A stretch of 64,000 nt of DNA from Eledone cirrhosa (taxonomy: Eukaryota), in the NCBI GenBank assembly GCA_964016885.1, contig OZ024740.1:33108001-33172000 (forward strand). Reading direction: 5' to 3'. The translations under genes and the position numbers were made by a program. Under the pieces are notes generated by a model. That model was given only the letters and a program-made list of their open reading frames with translations. It did no database searches and had not been told where the DNA came from. Shown here piece by piece: positions 1 to 15,000 of this stretch. Within the stretch, counting starts at the first letter, position 1, and every line of letters begins with the position of its first letter.

Positions 1-3000
1 AAGTGTTCATTTATATATTCTAGATAGAAAGTGTTCATCTATATATTCTAGATAAAAAGTGACCATCTATATATTTTAGATAGAAAGAGACCATCTTTAT
101 ATTTCAGATAAAAAGTGATCATCTATATATTCTAGATAGAAATGGTTCATCTATATATTCTAGATAGAAAGTGACTATCTATATATACTAGATAGAAAAT
201 GACCATTTATATATTTCAGATAGAATGTGACCATCAATATATTTTAAATAGAAAATGACCATATATATATTCTAGATAGAAAGTGTTCATCTATATATTC
301 TAGATAGAAAGTGACTATCTATATATTCTAGATAGAAAGTGTTCATCTATATATATTCTAGATAGAAAGTGTTCATCTATATATTCTTGATAGAAAGTGT
401 TCATCTATATATTCTAGATAGAATGTATTCATCTATATTTTCTAGATAGAAAGTGACCATCTATATATTTTAGATAGAAAGTGACAATCTATACATTTTA
501 GACAGAAAGAGTTCATTTATATATTCTAGATAGAAAGTGACCATCTATATATTCTAGTTATAAAGTGACCATCTATATAGTTTAGATTGAAAATGACCAT
601 CTATCTATATATTCTATATACAAAGTGTTCATCTATATATTCTAGATAGAAAGTCTTCATCTATATATTCCAGATAGAAAGAGTTCATCTATATATTTTA
701 GATAGAAAGTGTTCATCTATATATTCTAGATAGAAAGTGACCATCTATATGTTCTAGATAGAAACTGACCCTCTATATATTTTAGATAGAAAGTGTTCAG
801 GTATATATTCTAGATAGAAAGTGACCATCTATGTATTCTAGATAGAAAGTGTTCATCTATATATTCTAGATAGAAAATGAACATCTATATATTTTAGATA
901 GAAAGTGACCATCTATATATTTTAGACAGAAAGTGTTATTTTATATATTCTAGATAGAAAGTGACCATCTATATATTCTAGATAGAAAGTGTTCATCTAT
1001 ATATTCTAGATAGAAAGTGACCATCTATATATTTTAGATAGAAAGTGACCATCTTTATAATTTAGAAAAAATGTGACCATCTATATATTTTAAATAGAAA
1101 ATCACCATCTATATATTCTAGATAAAAAGTGACCATCTATATATTTTAGATAGAAAGTGTTCATCTATATAATCTAGACAGAAAGTGTTCATCTATATGT
1201 TCTAGATAGAAAGTGTTCATCTATATATTCTAGATAGAAAGTGACCATCTATATATTCCAGATAGAAAGTGTTCATCTATATATTCTAGAGAGAAAGTGT
1301 TCATCTATATATTTTAGATAGAAAGTGACCATCTATATATTTTAAATAAAAAGTGACCATCTATATATTTTAAATAGAAAATGACCATCTATATATTCTA
1401 GATAGAAAGTGACCATCTATATATTTTAGATTGAAAATGACCATCTATATATATATTCCAAATAGAAAGTGTTCATCTATATATTCTAGATAGAAAGTGA
1501 CTATCTATATATTCTAGATAGAAAGTGACCATCTATATATTTTAGATTGAAAATGACCATCTATACATATATTCTATATAGAAAGTGACCCTCTATATAT
1601 TCTAGATAGAAAGTGTTCATCTATATATTCTAGATAGAAAGTGTTCATCTATATATTCTAAATAGAAAGTGTTCATCTATATATTCTAGATAGAAAGTGA
1701 CCCTCTATATATGTTAGATAAAAAATGTTCATCTATATAGAAAGTGACCATCTATATATTCTAGATAGAAAGTGTTCATCTATATATTCTAGATAGAAAG
1801 TGACCATCTAGATATTCTAGATAGTAAATGACCATCTATATATTCTAGATAGAAAGTGTGCATCTATATATTCTAGATAGAAAGTGACGATCTCTATATT
1901 TTAGATAAAAAGTGTTCATCTATATATTCTAGATAGAAAGTGACCATCTATATATTCTAGATAGAAAGTGTTCATTTATATATTCTAGATAGAAAGTGTT
2001 CATCTATATATTCTAGATAAAAAGTGACCATCTATATATTTTAGATAGAAAGAGACCATCTTTATATTTCAGATAAAAAGTGATCATCTATATATTCTAG
2101 ATAGAAATGGTTCATCTATATATTCTAGATAGAAAGTGACAATCTATATATACTAGATAGAAAATGACCATCTATATATTTCAGATAGAATGTGACCATC
2201 AATATATTTTAAATAGAAAATGACCATATATATATTCTAGATAGAAAGTGTTCATCTATATATTCTAGATAGAAAGTGACTATCTATATATTCTAGATAG
2301 AAAGTGTTCATCTATATATATTCTAGATAGAAAGTGTTCATCAATATATTCTAGATAGAAAGTGACCATCTATATATTTTAGATAGAAAGTGACAATCTA
2401 TACATTTTAGACAGAAAGAGTTCATTTATATATTCTAGATAGAAAGTGACCATCTATATATTTTAGATAGAAAATGTTCATCTATATATTCTAGATAGAA
2501 AGTGACCATCTATATATTCTAGTTATAAAGTGACCATCTATATAGTTTAGATTGAAAATGACCATCTATCTATATATTCTATATACAAAGTGACCCTCTA
2601 TATATTCTAGATAGAAAGTGTTCATCTATATATTCTAGATAGAATGTGTTCATCTATATATTCTAGATAGAAAGTGTTCATCTATATATTTTAGATAGAA
2701 AGTGACCATCTATATATTCTAGATAGAAAGTGTTCATATATATATTCTAGATAGAAAGTGTGCATCTATATATTTTAGATAGAAAGTGTTCATCTATATA
2801 TTCCAGATGGAAATTGACCATCTATATATTTTAGATAGAAAGTGACCATCTATATATTTTAGATAGAAAGTGACAATCCATATATTCTAGATAGAAAGTG
2901 TTCATCTATATATTCTAGATAGAAAGTGTTCATCTATATATTCTAGATGGAAAGTGTTCATCTATATATTCTAGATAGAAAGCGACCATGTTTACATTCT

Positions 3001-6000
3001 AGATAGAATGTATTCCTCTATATATTCTAGATAGAAAGTGACCATCTATATATTTTAGATTGAAAATGACCATCTATATATATATTCTAGATAGAAAGTG
3101 TTCATCTATATATTCTAGATAGAAAGTCTTCATCTATATATTGCAGATAGAAAGAGTTCATCTATATATTTTAGATAGAAAGTGTTCATCTATATATTCT
3201 AGATAGAAAGTGACCATCTATATGTTCTAGATAGAAACTGACCCTCTATATATTTTAGATAGAAAGTGTTCAGGTATATATTCTAGATAGAAAGTGACCA
3301 TCTATGTATTCTAGATAGAAAGTGTTCATTTATATATTCTAGATAGAAAATGAACATCTATATATTTTAGATAGAAGGTGACCATCTATATATTTTAGAC
3401 AGAAAGTGTTATTTTATATATTCTAGATAGAAAGTGACCATCTATATATTCTAGATAGAAAGTGTTCATCTATATATTCTAGATAGAAAGTGACCATCTA
3501 TATATTTTAGATAGAAAGTGACCATCTTTATAATTTAGATAAAATGTGACCATCTATATATTTTAAATAGAAAGTGTTCATCTATATAATCTAGACAGAA
3601 AGTGTTCATCTATATATTCTAGATAGAAAGTGACCCTCTATATATGTTAGATAAAAAATGTTCATCTATATAGAAAGTGACCATCTATATATTCTAGATA
3701 GAAAGTGTTCATCTATATATTCTAGATAGAAAGTGACCATCTAGATATTCTAGATAGAAAGTGTTCATCTATATATTCTAAATAGAAAGTGTTCATCTAT
3801 ATATTCTAGATAGAAAGTGACCCTCTATATATGTTAGATAAAAAATGTTCATCTATATAGAAAGTGACCATCTATATATTCTAGATAGAAAGTGTTCATC
3901 TATATATTCTAGATAGAAAGTGACCATCTAGATATTCTAGATAGTAAATGACCATCTATATATTCTAGATAGAAAGTGTGCATCTATATATTCTAGATAG
4001 AAAGTGACAATCTCTATATTTTAGATAAAAAGTGTTCATCTATATATTCTAGATAGAAAGTGACCATCTATATATTCTAGATAGAAAGTGTTCATTTATA
4101 TATTCTAGATAGAAAGTGTTCATCTATATATTCTAGATAAAAAGTGACCATCTATATATTTTAGATAGAAAGAGACCATCTTTATATTTCAGATAAAAAG
4201 TGATCATCTATATATTCTAGATAGAAATGGTTCATCTATATATTCTAGATAGAAAGTGCCCATCTATATATACTAGATAGAAAATGACCATCTATATATT
4301 TCAGATAGAATGTGACCATCAATATATTTTAAATAGAAAATGACCATATATATATTCTAGATAGAAAGTGTTCATCTATATATTCTAGATAGAAAGTGAC
4401 TATCTATATATTCTAGATAGAAAGTGTTCATCTATATATATTCTAGATAGAAAGTGTTCATCTATATATTCTAGATAGAAAGTGACCATCTATATATTTT
4501 AGATAGAAAGTGACAATCTATACATTTTAGACAGAAAGAGTTCATTTATATATTCTAGATAGAAAGTGACCATCTATATATTCTAGATAGAAAGTGACCA
4601 TCTATATATTCTAGTTATAAAGTGACCATCTATATAGTTTAGATTGAAAATGACCATCTATCTATATATTCTATATACAAAGTGACCCTCTATATATTCT
4701 AGATAGAAAGTGTTCCTCTATATATTCTAGATAGAATGTGTTCATCTATATATTCTAGATAGAAAGTGTTCATCTATATATTTTAGATAGAAAGTGACCA
4801 TCTATATATTCTAGATAGAAAGTATTCATATATATATTCTAGATAGAAAGTGTGCATCTATATATTTTAGATAGAAAGTGTTCATCTATATATTCCAGAT
4901 GGAAATTGACCATATATATATTTTAGATAGAAAGTGACCATCTATATATTTTAGATAGAAAGTGACAATCCATATATTCTAGATAGAAAGTGTTCATCTA
5001 TATATTCTAGATAGAAAGTGTTCATCTATATATTCTAGATAGAAAGTGTTCATCTATATATTCTAGATAGAAAGTGACCATGTTTACATTCTAGATAGAA
5101 TGTATTCCTCTATATATTCTAGATAGAAAGTGACCATCTATATATTTTAGATTGAAAATGACCATCTATATATATATTCTAGATAGAAAGTGTTCATCTA
5201 TATATTCTAGATAGAAAGTCTTCATCTATATATTCCAGATAGAAAGAGTTCATCTATATATTTTAGATAGATAGTGTTCATCTATATATTCTAGATAGAA
5301 AGTGACCATCTATATGTTCTAGATAGAAACTGACCCTCTATATATTTTAGATAGAAAGTGTTCAGGTATATATTCTAGATAGAAAGTGACCATCTATGTA
5401 TTCTAGATAGAAAGTGTTCATCTATATATTCTAGATAGAAAATGAACATCTATATATTTTAGATAGAAAGTGACCATCTATATATTTCAGACAGAAAGTG
5501 TTATTTTATATATTCTAGATAGAAAGTGACCATCTATATATTCTAGATAGAAAGTGTTCATCTATATATTCTAGATAGAAAGTGACCATCTATATATTTT
5601 AGATAGAAAGTGACCATCTTTATAATTTAGATAAAATGTGACCATCTATATATTTTAAATAGAAAATCACCATCTATATATTCTAGATAAAAAGTGACCA
5701 TCTATATATTTTAGATAGAAAGTGTTCATCTATATAATCTAGACAGAAAGTGTTCATCTATATATTCTAGATAGAAAGTGTTCATCTATATATTCTAGAT
5801 AGAAAGTGACCATCTATATATTCCAGATAGAAAGTGTTCATCTATATATTCTAGAGAGAAAGTGTTCATCTATATATTTTAGATAGAAAGTGACCATCTA
5901 TATATTCTAGATAGAAAGTGACCATCTATATATTTTAGATTGAAAATGACCATCTATATATATATTCCAAATAGAAAGTGTTCATCTATATATTCTAGAT

Positions 6001-9000
6001 AGAAAGTGACTATCTATATATTCTAGATAGAAAGTGACCATCTATATATTTTAGATTGAAAATGACCATCTATATATATATTCTAGATAGAAAGTGTTCA
6101 TCTATATATTCTAGATAGAAAGTGTTCATCTATATATTCTAGATGGAAAGTGTTCATCTATATATTCTAGATAGAAAGCGACCATGTTTACATTCTAGAT
6201 AGAATGTATTCCTCTATATATTCTAGATAGAAAGTGACCATCTATATATTTTAGATTGAAAATGACCATCTATATATATATTCTAGATAGAAAGTCTTCA
6301 TCTATATATTGCAGATAGAAAGAGTTCATCTATATATTTTAGATAGAAAGTGTTCATCTATATATTCTAGATAGAAAGTGACCATCTATATGTTCTAGAT
6401 AGAAACTGACCCTCTATATATTTTAGATAGAAAGTGTTCAGGTATATATTCTAGATAGAAAGTGACCATCTATGTATTCTAGATAGAAAGTGTTCATTTA
6501 TATATTCTAGATAGAAAATGAACATCTATATATTTTAGATAGAAGGTGACCATCTATATATTTTAGACAGAAAGTGTTATTTTATATATTCTAGATAGAA
6601 AGTGACCATCTATATATTCTAGATAGAAAGTGTTCATCTATATATTCTAGATAGAAAGTGACCATCTATATATTTTAGATAGAAAGTGACCATCTTTATA
6701 ATTTAGATAAAATGTGACCATCTATATATTTTAAATAGAAAGTGTTCATCTATATAATCTAGACAGAAAGTGTTCATCTATATATTCTAGATAGAAAGTG
6801 ACCCTCTATATATGTTAGATAAAAAATGTTCATCTATATAGAAAGTGACCATCTATATATTCTAGATAGAAAGTGTTCATCTATATATTCTAGATAGAAA
6901 GTGACCATCTAGATATTCTAGATAGAAAGTGTTCATCTATATATTCTAAATAGAAAGTGTTCATCTATATATTCTAGATAGAAAGTGACCCTCTATATAT
7001 GTTAGATAAAAAATGTTCATCTATATAGAAAGTGACCATCTATATATTCTAGATAGAAAGTGTTCATCTATATATTCTAGATAGAAAGTGACCATCTAGA
7101 TATTCTAGATAGTAAATGACCATCTATATATTCTAGATAGAAAGTGTGCATCTATATATTCTAGATAGAAAGTGACAATCTCTATATTTTAGATAAAAAG
7201 TGTTCATCTATATATTCTAGATAGAAAGTGACCATCTATATATTCTAGATAGAAAGTGTTCATTTATATATTCTAGATAGAAAGTGTTCATCTATATATT
7301 CTAGATAAAAAGTGACCATCTATATATTTTAGATAGAAAGAGACCATCTTTATATTTCAGATAAAAAGTGATCATCTATATATTCTAGATAGAAATGGTT
7401 CATCTATATATTCTAGATAGAAAGTGCCCATCTATATATACTAGATAGAAAATGACCATCTATATATTTCAGATAGAATGTGACCATCAATATATTTTAA
7501 ATAGAAAATGACCATATATATATTCTAGATAGAAAGTGTTCATCTATATATTCTAGATAGAAAGTGACTATCTATATATTCTAGATAGAAAGTGTTCATC
7601 TATATATATTCTAGATAGAAAGTGTTCATCTATATATTCTAGATAGAAAGTGACCATCTATATATTTTAGATAGAAAGTGACAATCTATACATTTTAGAC
7701 AGAAAGAGTTCATTTATATATTCTAGATAGAAAGTGACCATCTATATATTCTAGTTATAAAGTGACCATCTATATAGTTTAGATTGAAAATGACCATCTA
7801 TCTATATATTCTATATACAAAGTGACCCTCTATATATTCTAGATAGAAAGTGTTCCTCTATATATTCTAGATAGAATGTGTTCATCTATATATTCTAGAT
7901 AGAAAGTGTTCATCTATATATTTTAGATAGAAAGTGACCATCTATATATTCTAGATAGAAAGTGTTCATATATATATTCTAGATAGAAAGTGTGCATCTA
8001 TATATTTTAGATAGAAAGTGTTCATCTATATATTCCAGATGGAAATTGACCATATATATATTTTAGATAGAAAGTGACCATCTATATATTTTAGATAGAA
8101 AGTGACAATCCATATATTCTAGATAGAAAGTGTTCATCTATATATTCTAGATAGAAAGTGTTCATCTATATATTCTAGATAGAAAGTGTTCATCTATATA
8201 TTCTAGATAGAAAGTGTTCATCTATATATTCTAGATGGAAAGTGTTCATCTATATATTCTAGATAGAAAGTGACCATGTTTACATTCTAGATAGAATGTA
8301 TTCCTCTATATATTCTAGATAGAAAGTGACCATCTATATATTTTAGATTGAAAATGACCATCTATATATATATTCTAGATAGAAAGTGTTCATCTATATA
8401 TTCTAGATAGAAAGTCTTCATCTATATATTCCAGATAGAAAGAGTTCATCTATATATTTTAGATAGAAAGTGTTCATCTATATATTCTAGATAGAAAGTG
8501 ACCATCTATATGTTCTAGATAGAAACTGACCCTCTATATATTTTAGATAGAAAGTGTTCAGGTATATATTCTAGATAGAAAGTGACCATCTATGTATTCT
8601 AGATAGAAAGTGTTCATCTATATATTCTAGATAGAAAATGAACATCTATATATTTTAGATAGAAAGTGACCATCTATATATTTCAGACAGAAAGTGTTAT
8701 TTTATATATTCTAGATAGAAAGTGACCATCTATATATTCTAGATAGAAAGTGTTCATCTATATATTCTAGATAGAAAGTGTTCATCTATATATTCTAGAT
8801 GGAAAGTGTTCATCTATATATTCTAGATAGAAAGCGACCATGTTTACATTCTAGATAGAATGTATTCCTCTATATATTCTAGATAGAAAGTGACCATCTA
8901 TATATTTTAGATTGAAAATGACCATCTATATATATATTCTAGATAGAAAGTCTTCATCTATATATTGCAGATAGAAAGAGTTCATCTATATATTTTAGAT

Positions 9001-12000
9001 AGAAAGTGTTCATCTATATATTCTAGATAGAAAGTGACCATCTATATGTTCTAGATAGAAACTGACCCTCTATATATTTTAGATAGAAAGTGTTCAGGTA
9101 TATATTCTAGATAGAAAGTGACCATCTATGTATTCTAGATAGAAAGTGTTCATTTATATATTCTAGATAGAAAATGAACATCTATATATTTTAGATAGAA
9201 GGTGACCATCTATATATTTTAGACAGAAAGTGTTATTTTATATATTCTAGATAGAAAGTGACCATCTATATATTCTAGATAGAAAGTGTTCATCTATATA
9301 TTCTAGATAGAAAGTGACCATCTATATATTTTAGATAGAAAGTGACCATCTTTATAATTTAGATAAAATGTGACCATCTATATATTTTAAATAGAAAGTG
9401 TTCATCTATATAATCTAGACAGAAAGTGTTCATCTATATATTCTAGATAGAAAGTGACCCTCTATATATGTTAGATAAAAAATGTTCATCTATATAGAAA
9501 GTGACCATCTATATATTCTAGATAGAAAGTGTTCATCTATATATTCTAGATAGAAAGTGACCATCTAGATATTCTAGGTAGAAAGTGTTCATCTATATAT
9601 TCTAAATAGAAAGTGTTCATCTATATATTCTAGATAGAAAGTGACCCTCTATATATGTTAGATAAAAAATGTTCATCTATATAGAAAGTGACCATCTATA
9701 TATTCTAGATAGAAAGTGTTCATCTATATATTCTAGATAGAAAGTGACCATCTAGATATTCTAGATAGTAAATGACCATCTATATATTCAAGATAGAAAG
9801 TGTGCATCTATATATTCTAGATAGAAAGTGACAATCTCTATATTTTAGATAAAAAGTGTTCATCTATATATTCTAGATAGAAAGTGACCATCTATATATT
9901 CTAGATAGAAAGTGTTCATTTATATATTCTAGATAGAAAGTGTTCATCTATATATTCTAGATAAAAAGTGACCATCTATATATTTTAGATAGAAAGAGAC
10001 CATCTTTATATTTCAGATAAAAAGTGATCATCTATATATTCTAGATAGAAATGGTTCATCTATATATTCTAGATAGAAAGTGCCCATCTATATATACTAG
10101 ATAGAAAATGACCATCTATATATTTCAGATAGAATGTGACCATCAATATATTTTAAATAGAAAATGACCATATATATATTCTAGATAGAAAGTGTTCATC
10201 TATATATTCTAGATAGAAAGTGACTATCTATATATTCTAGATAGAAAGTGTTCATCAATATATATTCTAGATAGAAAGTGTTCATCTATATATTCTAGAT
10301 AGAAAGTGACCATCTATATATTTTAGATAGAAAGTGACAATCTATACATTTTAGACAGAAAGAGTTCATTTATATATTCTAGATAGAAAGTGACCATCTA
10401 TATATTCTAGTTATAAAGTGACCATCTATATAGTTTAGATTGAAAATGACCATCTATCTATATATTCTATATACAAAGTGACCCTCTATATATTCTAGAT
10501 AGAAAGTGTTCCTCTATATATTCTAGATAGAATGTGTTCATCTATATATTCTAGATAGAAAGTGTTCATCTATATATTTTAGATAGAAAGTGACCATCTA
10601 TATATTCTAGATAGAAAGTGTTCATATATATATTCTAGATAGAAAGTGTGCATCTATATATTTTAGATAGAAAGTGTTCATCTATATATTCCAGATGGAA
10701 ATTGACCATATATATATTTTAGATAGAAAGTGACCATCTATATATTTTAGATAGAAAGTGACAATCCATATATTCTAGATAGAAAGTGTTCATCTATATA
10801 TTCTAGATAGAAAGTGTTCATCTATATATTCTAGATGGAAAGTGTTCATCTATATATTCTAGATAGAAAGTGACCATGTTTACATTCTAGATAGAATGTA
10901 TTCCTCTATATATTCTAGATAGAAAGTGACCATCTATATATTTTAGATTGAAAATGACCATCTATATATATATTCTAGATAGAAAGTGTTCATCTATATA
11001 TTCTAGATAGAAAGTCTTCATCTATATATTCCAGATAGAAAGAGTTCATCTATATATTTTAGATAGAAAGTGTTCATCTATATATTCTAGATAGAAAGTG
11101 ACCATCTATATGTTCTAGATAGAAACTGACCCTCTATATATTTTAGATAGAAAGTGTTCAGGTATATATTCTAGATAGAAAGTGACCATCTATGTATTCT
11201 AGATAGAAAGTGTTCATCTATATATTCTAGATAGAAAATGAACATCTATATATTTTAGATAGAAAGTGACCATCTATATATTTCAGACAGAAAGTGTTAT
11301 TTTATATATTCTAGATAGAAAGTGACCATCTATATATTCTAGATAGAAAGTGTTCATCTATATATTTTAGATAGAAAGTGACCATCTTTATAATTTAGAT
11401 AAAATGTGACCATCTATATATTTTAAATAGAAAATCACCATCTATATATTCTAGATAAAAAGTGACCATCTATATATTTTAGATAGAAAGTGTTCATCTA
11501 TATAATCTAGACAGAAAGTGTTCATCTATATATTCTAGATAGAAAGTGACCCTCTATATATGTTAGATAAAAAATGTTCATCTATATAGAAGGTGACCAT
11601 CTATATATTCTAGATAGAAAGTGTTCATCTATATATTCTAGATAGAAAGTGACCATCTATATATTCTAAATAGAAAGTGTTCATCTATATATTCTAGATA
11701 GAAAGTGACCCTCTATATATGTTAGATAAAAAATGTTCATCTATATAGAAAGTGACCATGTATATATTCTAGATAGAAAGTAACCATCTATATATTTTAG
11801 ATTGAAAATGACCATCTATATATATATTCTAGATAGAAAGTGTTCATATATATATTCTAGATAGAAAGTGTTCATCTATATATTCCAGATAGAAAGTGTT
11901 CATCTATATATTCTAGATAGAAAGTGTTCATCTATATATTTTAGATAGAAAGTGTTTATTTATATATTCTAGATAGAAAGTGACAATCTCTATATTTTAG

Positions 12001-15000
12001 ATAAAAAGTGTTCATCTATATATTCTAGATAGAAAGTGACCATCTATATATTCTAGATAGAAAGTGTTCATTTATATATTCTAGATAGAAAGTGTTCATC
12101 TATATATTCTAGATAAAAAGTGACCATCTATATATTTTAGATAGAAAGAGACCATCTTTATATTTCAGATAAAAAGTGATCATCTATATATTCTAGATAG
12201 AAATGGTTCATCTATATATTCTAGATAGAAAGTGACCATCTATATATACTAGATAGAAAATGACCATCTATATATTTCAGATAGAATGTGACCATCAATA
12301 TATTTTAAATAGAAAATGACCATATATATATTCTAGATAGAAAGTGTTCATCTATATATTCTAGATAGAAAGTGACTATCTATATATTCTAGATAGAAAG
12401 TGTTCATCTATATATATTCTAGATAGAAAGTGTTCATCTATATATTCTAGATAGAAAGTGACCATCTATATATTTTAGATAGAAAGTGACAATCTATACA
12501 TTTTAGACAGAAAGAGTTCATTTATATATTCTAGATAGAAAGTGACCATCTATATATTCTAGTTATAAAGTGACCATCTATATAGTTTAGATTGAAAATG
12601 ACCATCTATCTATATATTCTACATACAAAGTGACCCTCTATATATTCTAGATAGAAAGTGTTCATATATATATTCTAGATAGAAAGTGTGCATCTATATA
12701 TTTTAGATAGAAAGTGTTCATCTATATATTCCAGATGGAAATTGACCATATATATATTTTAGATAGAAAGTGACCATCTATATATTTTAGATAGAAAGTG
12801 ACGATCCATATATTCTAGATAGAAAGTGTTCATCTATATATTCTAGATAGAAAGTGTTCATCTATATATTCTAGATGGAAAGTGTTCATCTATATATTCT
12901 AGATAGAAAGTAACCATGTTTACATTCTAGATAGAATGTATTCCTCTATATATTCTAGATAGAAAGTGACCATCTATATATTTTAGATTGAAAATGACCA
13001 TCTATATATATATTCTAGATAGAAAGTGTTCATCTATATATTCTAGATAGAAAGTCTTCATCTATATATTCCAGATAGAAAGAGTTCATCTATATATTTT
13101 AGATAGAAAGTGTTCATCTATATATTCTAGATAGAAAGTGACCATCTATATGTTCTAGATAGAAACTGACCCTCTATATATTTTAGATAGAAAGTGTTCA
13201 GGTATATATTCTAGATAGAAAGTGACCATCTATGTATTCTAGATAGAAAGTGTTCATCTATATATTCTAGATAGAAAATGAACATCTATATATTTTAGAT
13301 AGAAAGTGACCATCTATATATTTCAGACAGAAAGTGTTATTTTATATATTCTAGATAGAAAGTGACCATCTATATATTCTAGATAGAAAGTGTTCATCTA
13401 TATATTCTAGATAGAAAGTGACCATCTATATATTTTAGATAGAAAGTGACCATCTTTATAATTTAGATAAAATGTGACCATCTATATATTTTAAATAGAA
13501 AATCACCATCTATATATTCTAGATAAAAAGGGACCATCTATATATTTTAGATAGAAAGTGTTCATCTATATAATCTAGACAGAAAGTGTTCATCTATATA
13601 TTCTAGATAGAAAGTGTTCATCTATATATTCTAGATAGAAAGTGACCATCTATATATTCCAGATAGAAAGTGTTCATCTATATATTCTAGAGAGAAAGTG
13701 TTCATCTATATATTTTAGATAGAAAGTGACCATCTATATATTCTAGATAGAAAGTGACCATCTATATATTTTAGATTGAAAATGACCATCTATATATATA
13801 TTCCAAATAGAAAGTGTTCATCTATATATTCTATATAGAAAGTGACCTTCTATATATTCTAGATAGAAAGTGTTCATCTATATATTCTAGATAGAAAGTG
13901 TTCATCTATATATTCTAAATAGAAAGTGTTCATCTATATATTCTAGATAGAAAGTGACCATCTATATATTTTAGACAGAAAGTGTTATTTTATATATTCT
14001 AGATAGAAAGTGTTCATCTATATATTTTAGATAGAAAGTGACCATCTTTATAATTTAGATAAAATGTGACCATCTATATATTTTAAATAGAAAATCACCA
14101 TCTATATATTCTAGATAAAAAGTGACCATCTATATATTTTAGATAGAAAGTGTTCATCTATATAATCTAGACAGAAAGTGTTCATCTATATATTCAAGAT
14201 AGAAAGTGACCCTCTATATATGTTAGATAAAAAATGTTCATCTATATAGAAAGTGACCATCTATATATTCTAGATAGAAAGTGTTCATCTATATATTCTA
14301 GATAGAAAGTGACCATCTATATATTCTAAATAGAAAGTGTTCATCTATATATTCTAGATAGAAAGTGACCCTCTATATATGTTAGATAAAAAATGTTCAT
14401 CTATATAGAAAGTGACCATCTATATATTCTAGATAGAAAGTGTTCATCTATATATTCTACATAGAAAGTGTGCATCTATATATTCTAGATAGAAAGTGAC
14501 AATCTCTATATTTTAGATAAAAAGTGTTCATCTATATATTCTAGATAGAAAGTGACCATCTATATATTCTAGATAGAAAGTGTTCATTTATATATTCTAG
14601 ATAGAAAGTGTTCATCTATATATTCTAGATAAAAAGTGACCATCTATATATTTTAGATAGAAAGAGACCATCTTTATATTTCAGATAAAAAGTGATCATC
14701 TATATATTCTAGATAGAAATGGTTCATCTATATATTCTAGATAGAAAGTGACCATCTATATATACTAGATAGAAAATGACCATCTATATATTTCAGATAG
14801 AATGTGACCATCAATATATTTTAAATAGAAAATGACCATATATATATTCTAGATAGAAAGTGTTCATCTATATATTCTAGATAGAAAGTGACTATCTATA
14901 TATTCTAGATAGAAAGTGTTCATCTATATATATTCTAGATAGAAAGTGTTCATCTATATATTCTAGATAGAAAGGGACCATCTATATATTTTAGATAGAA

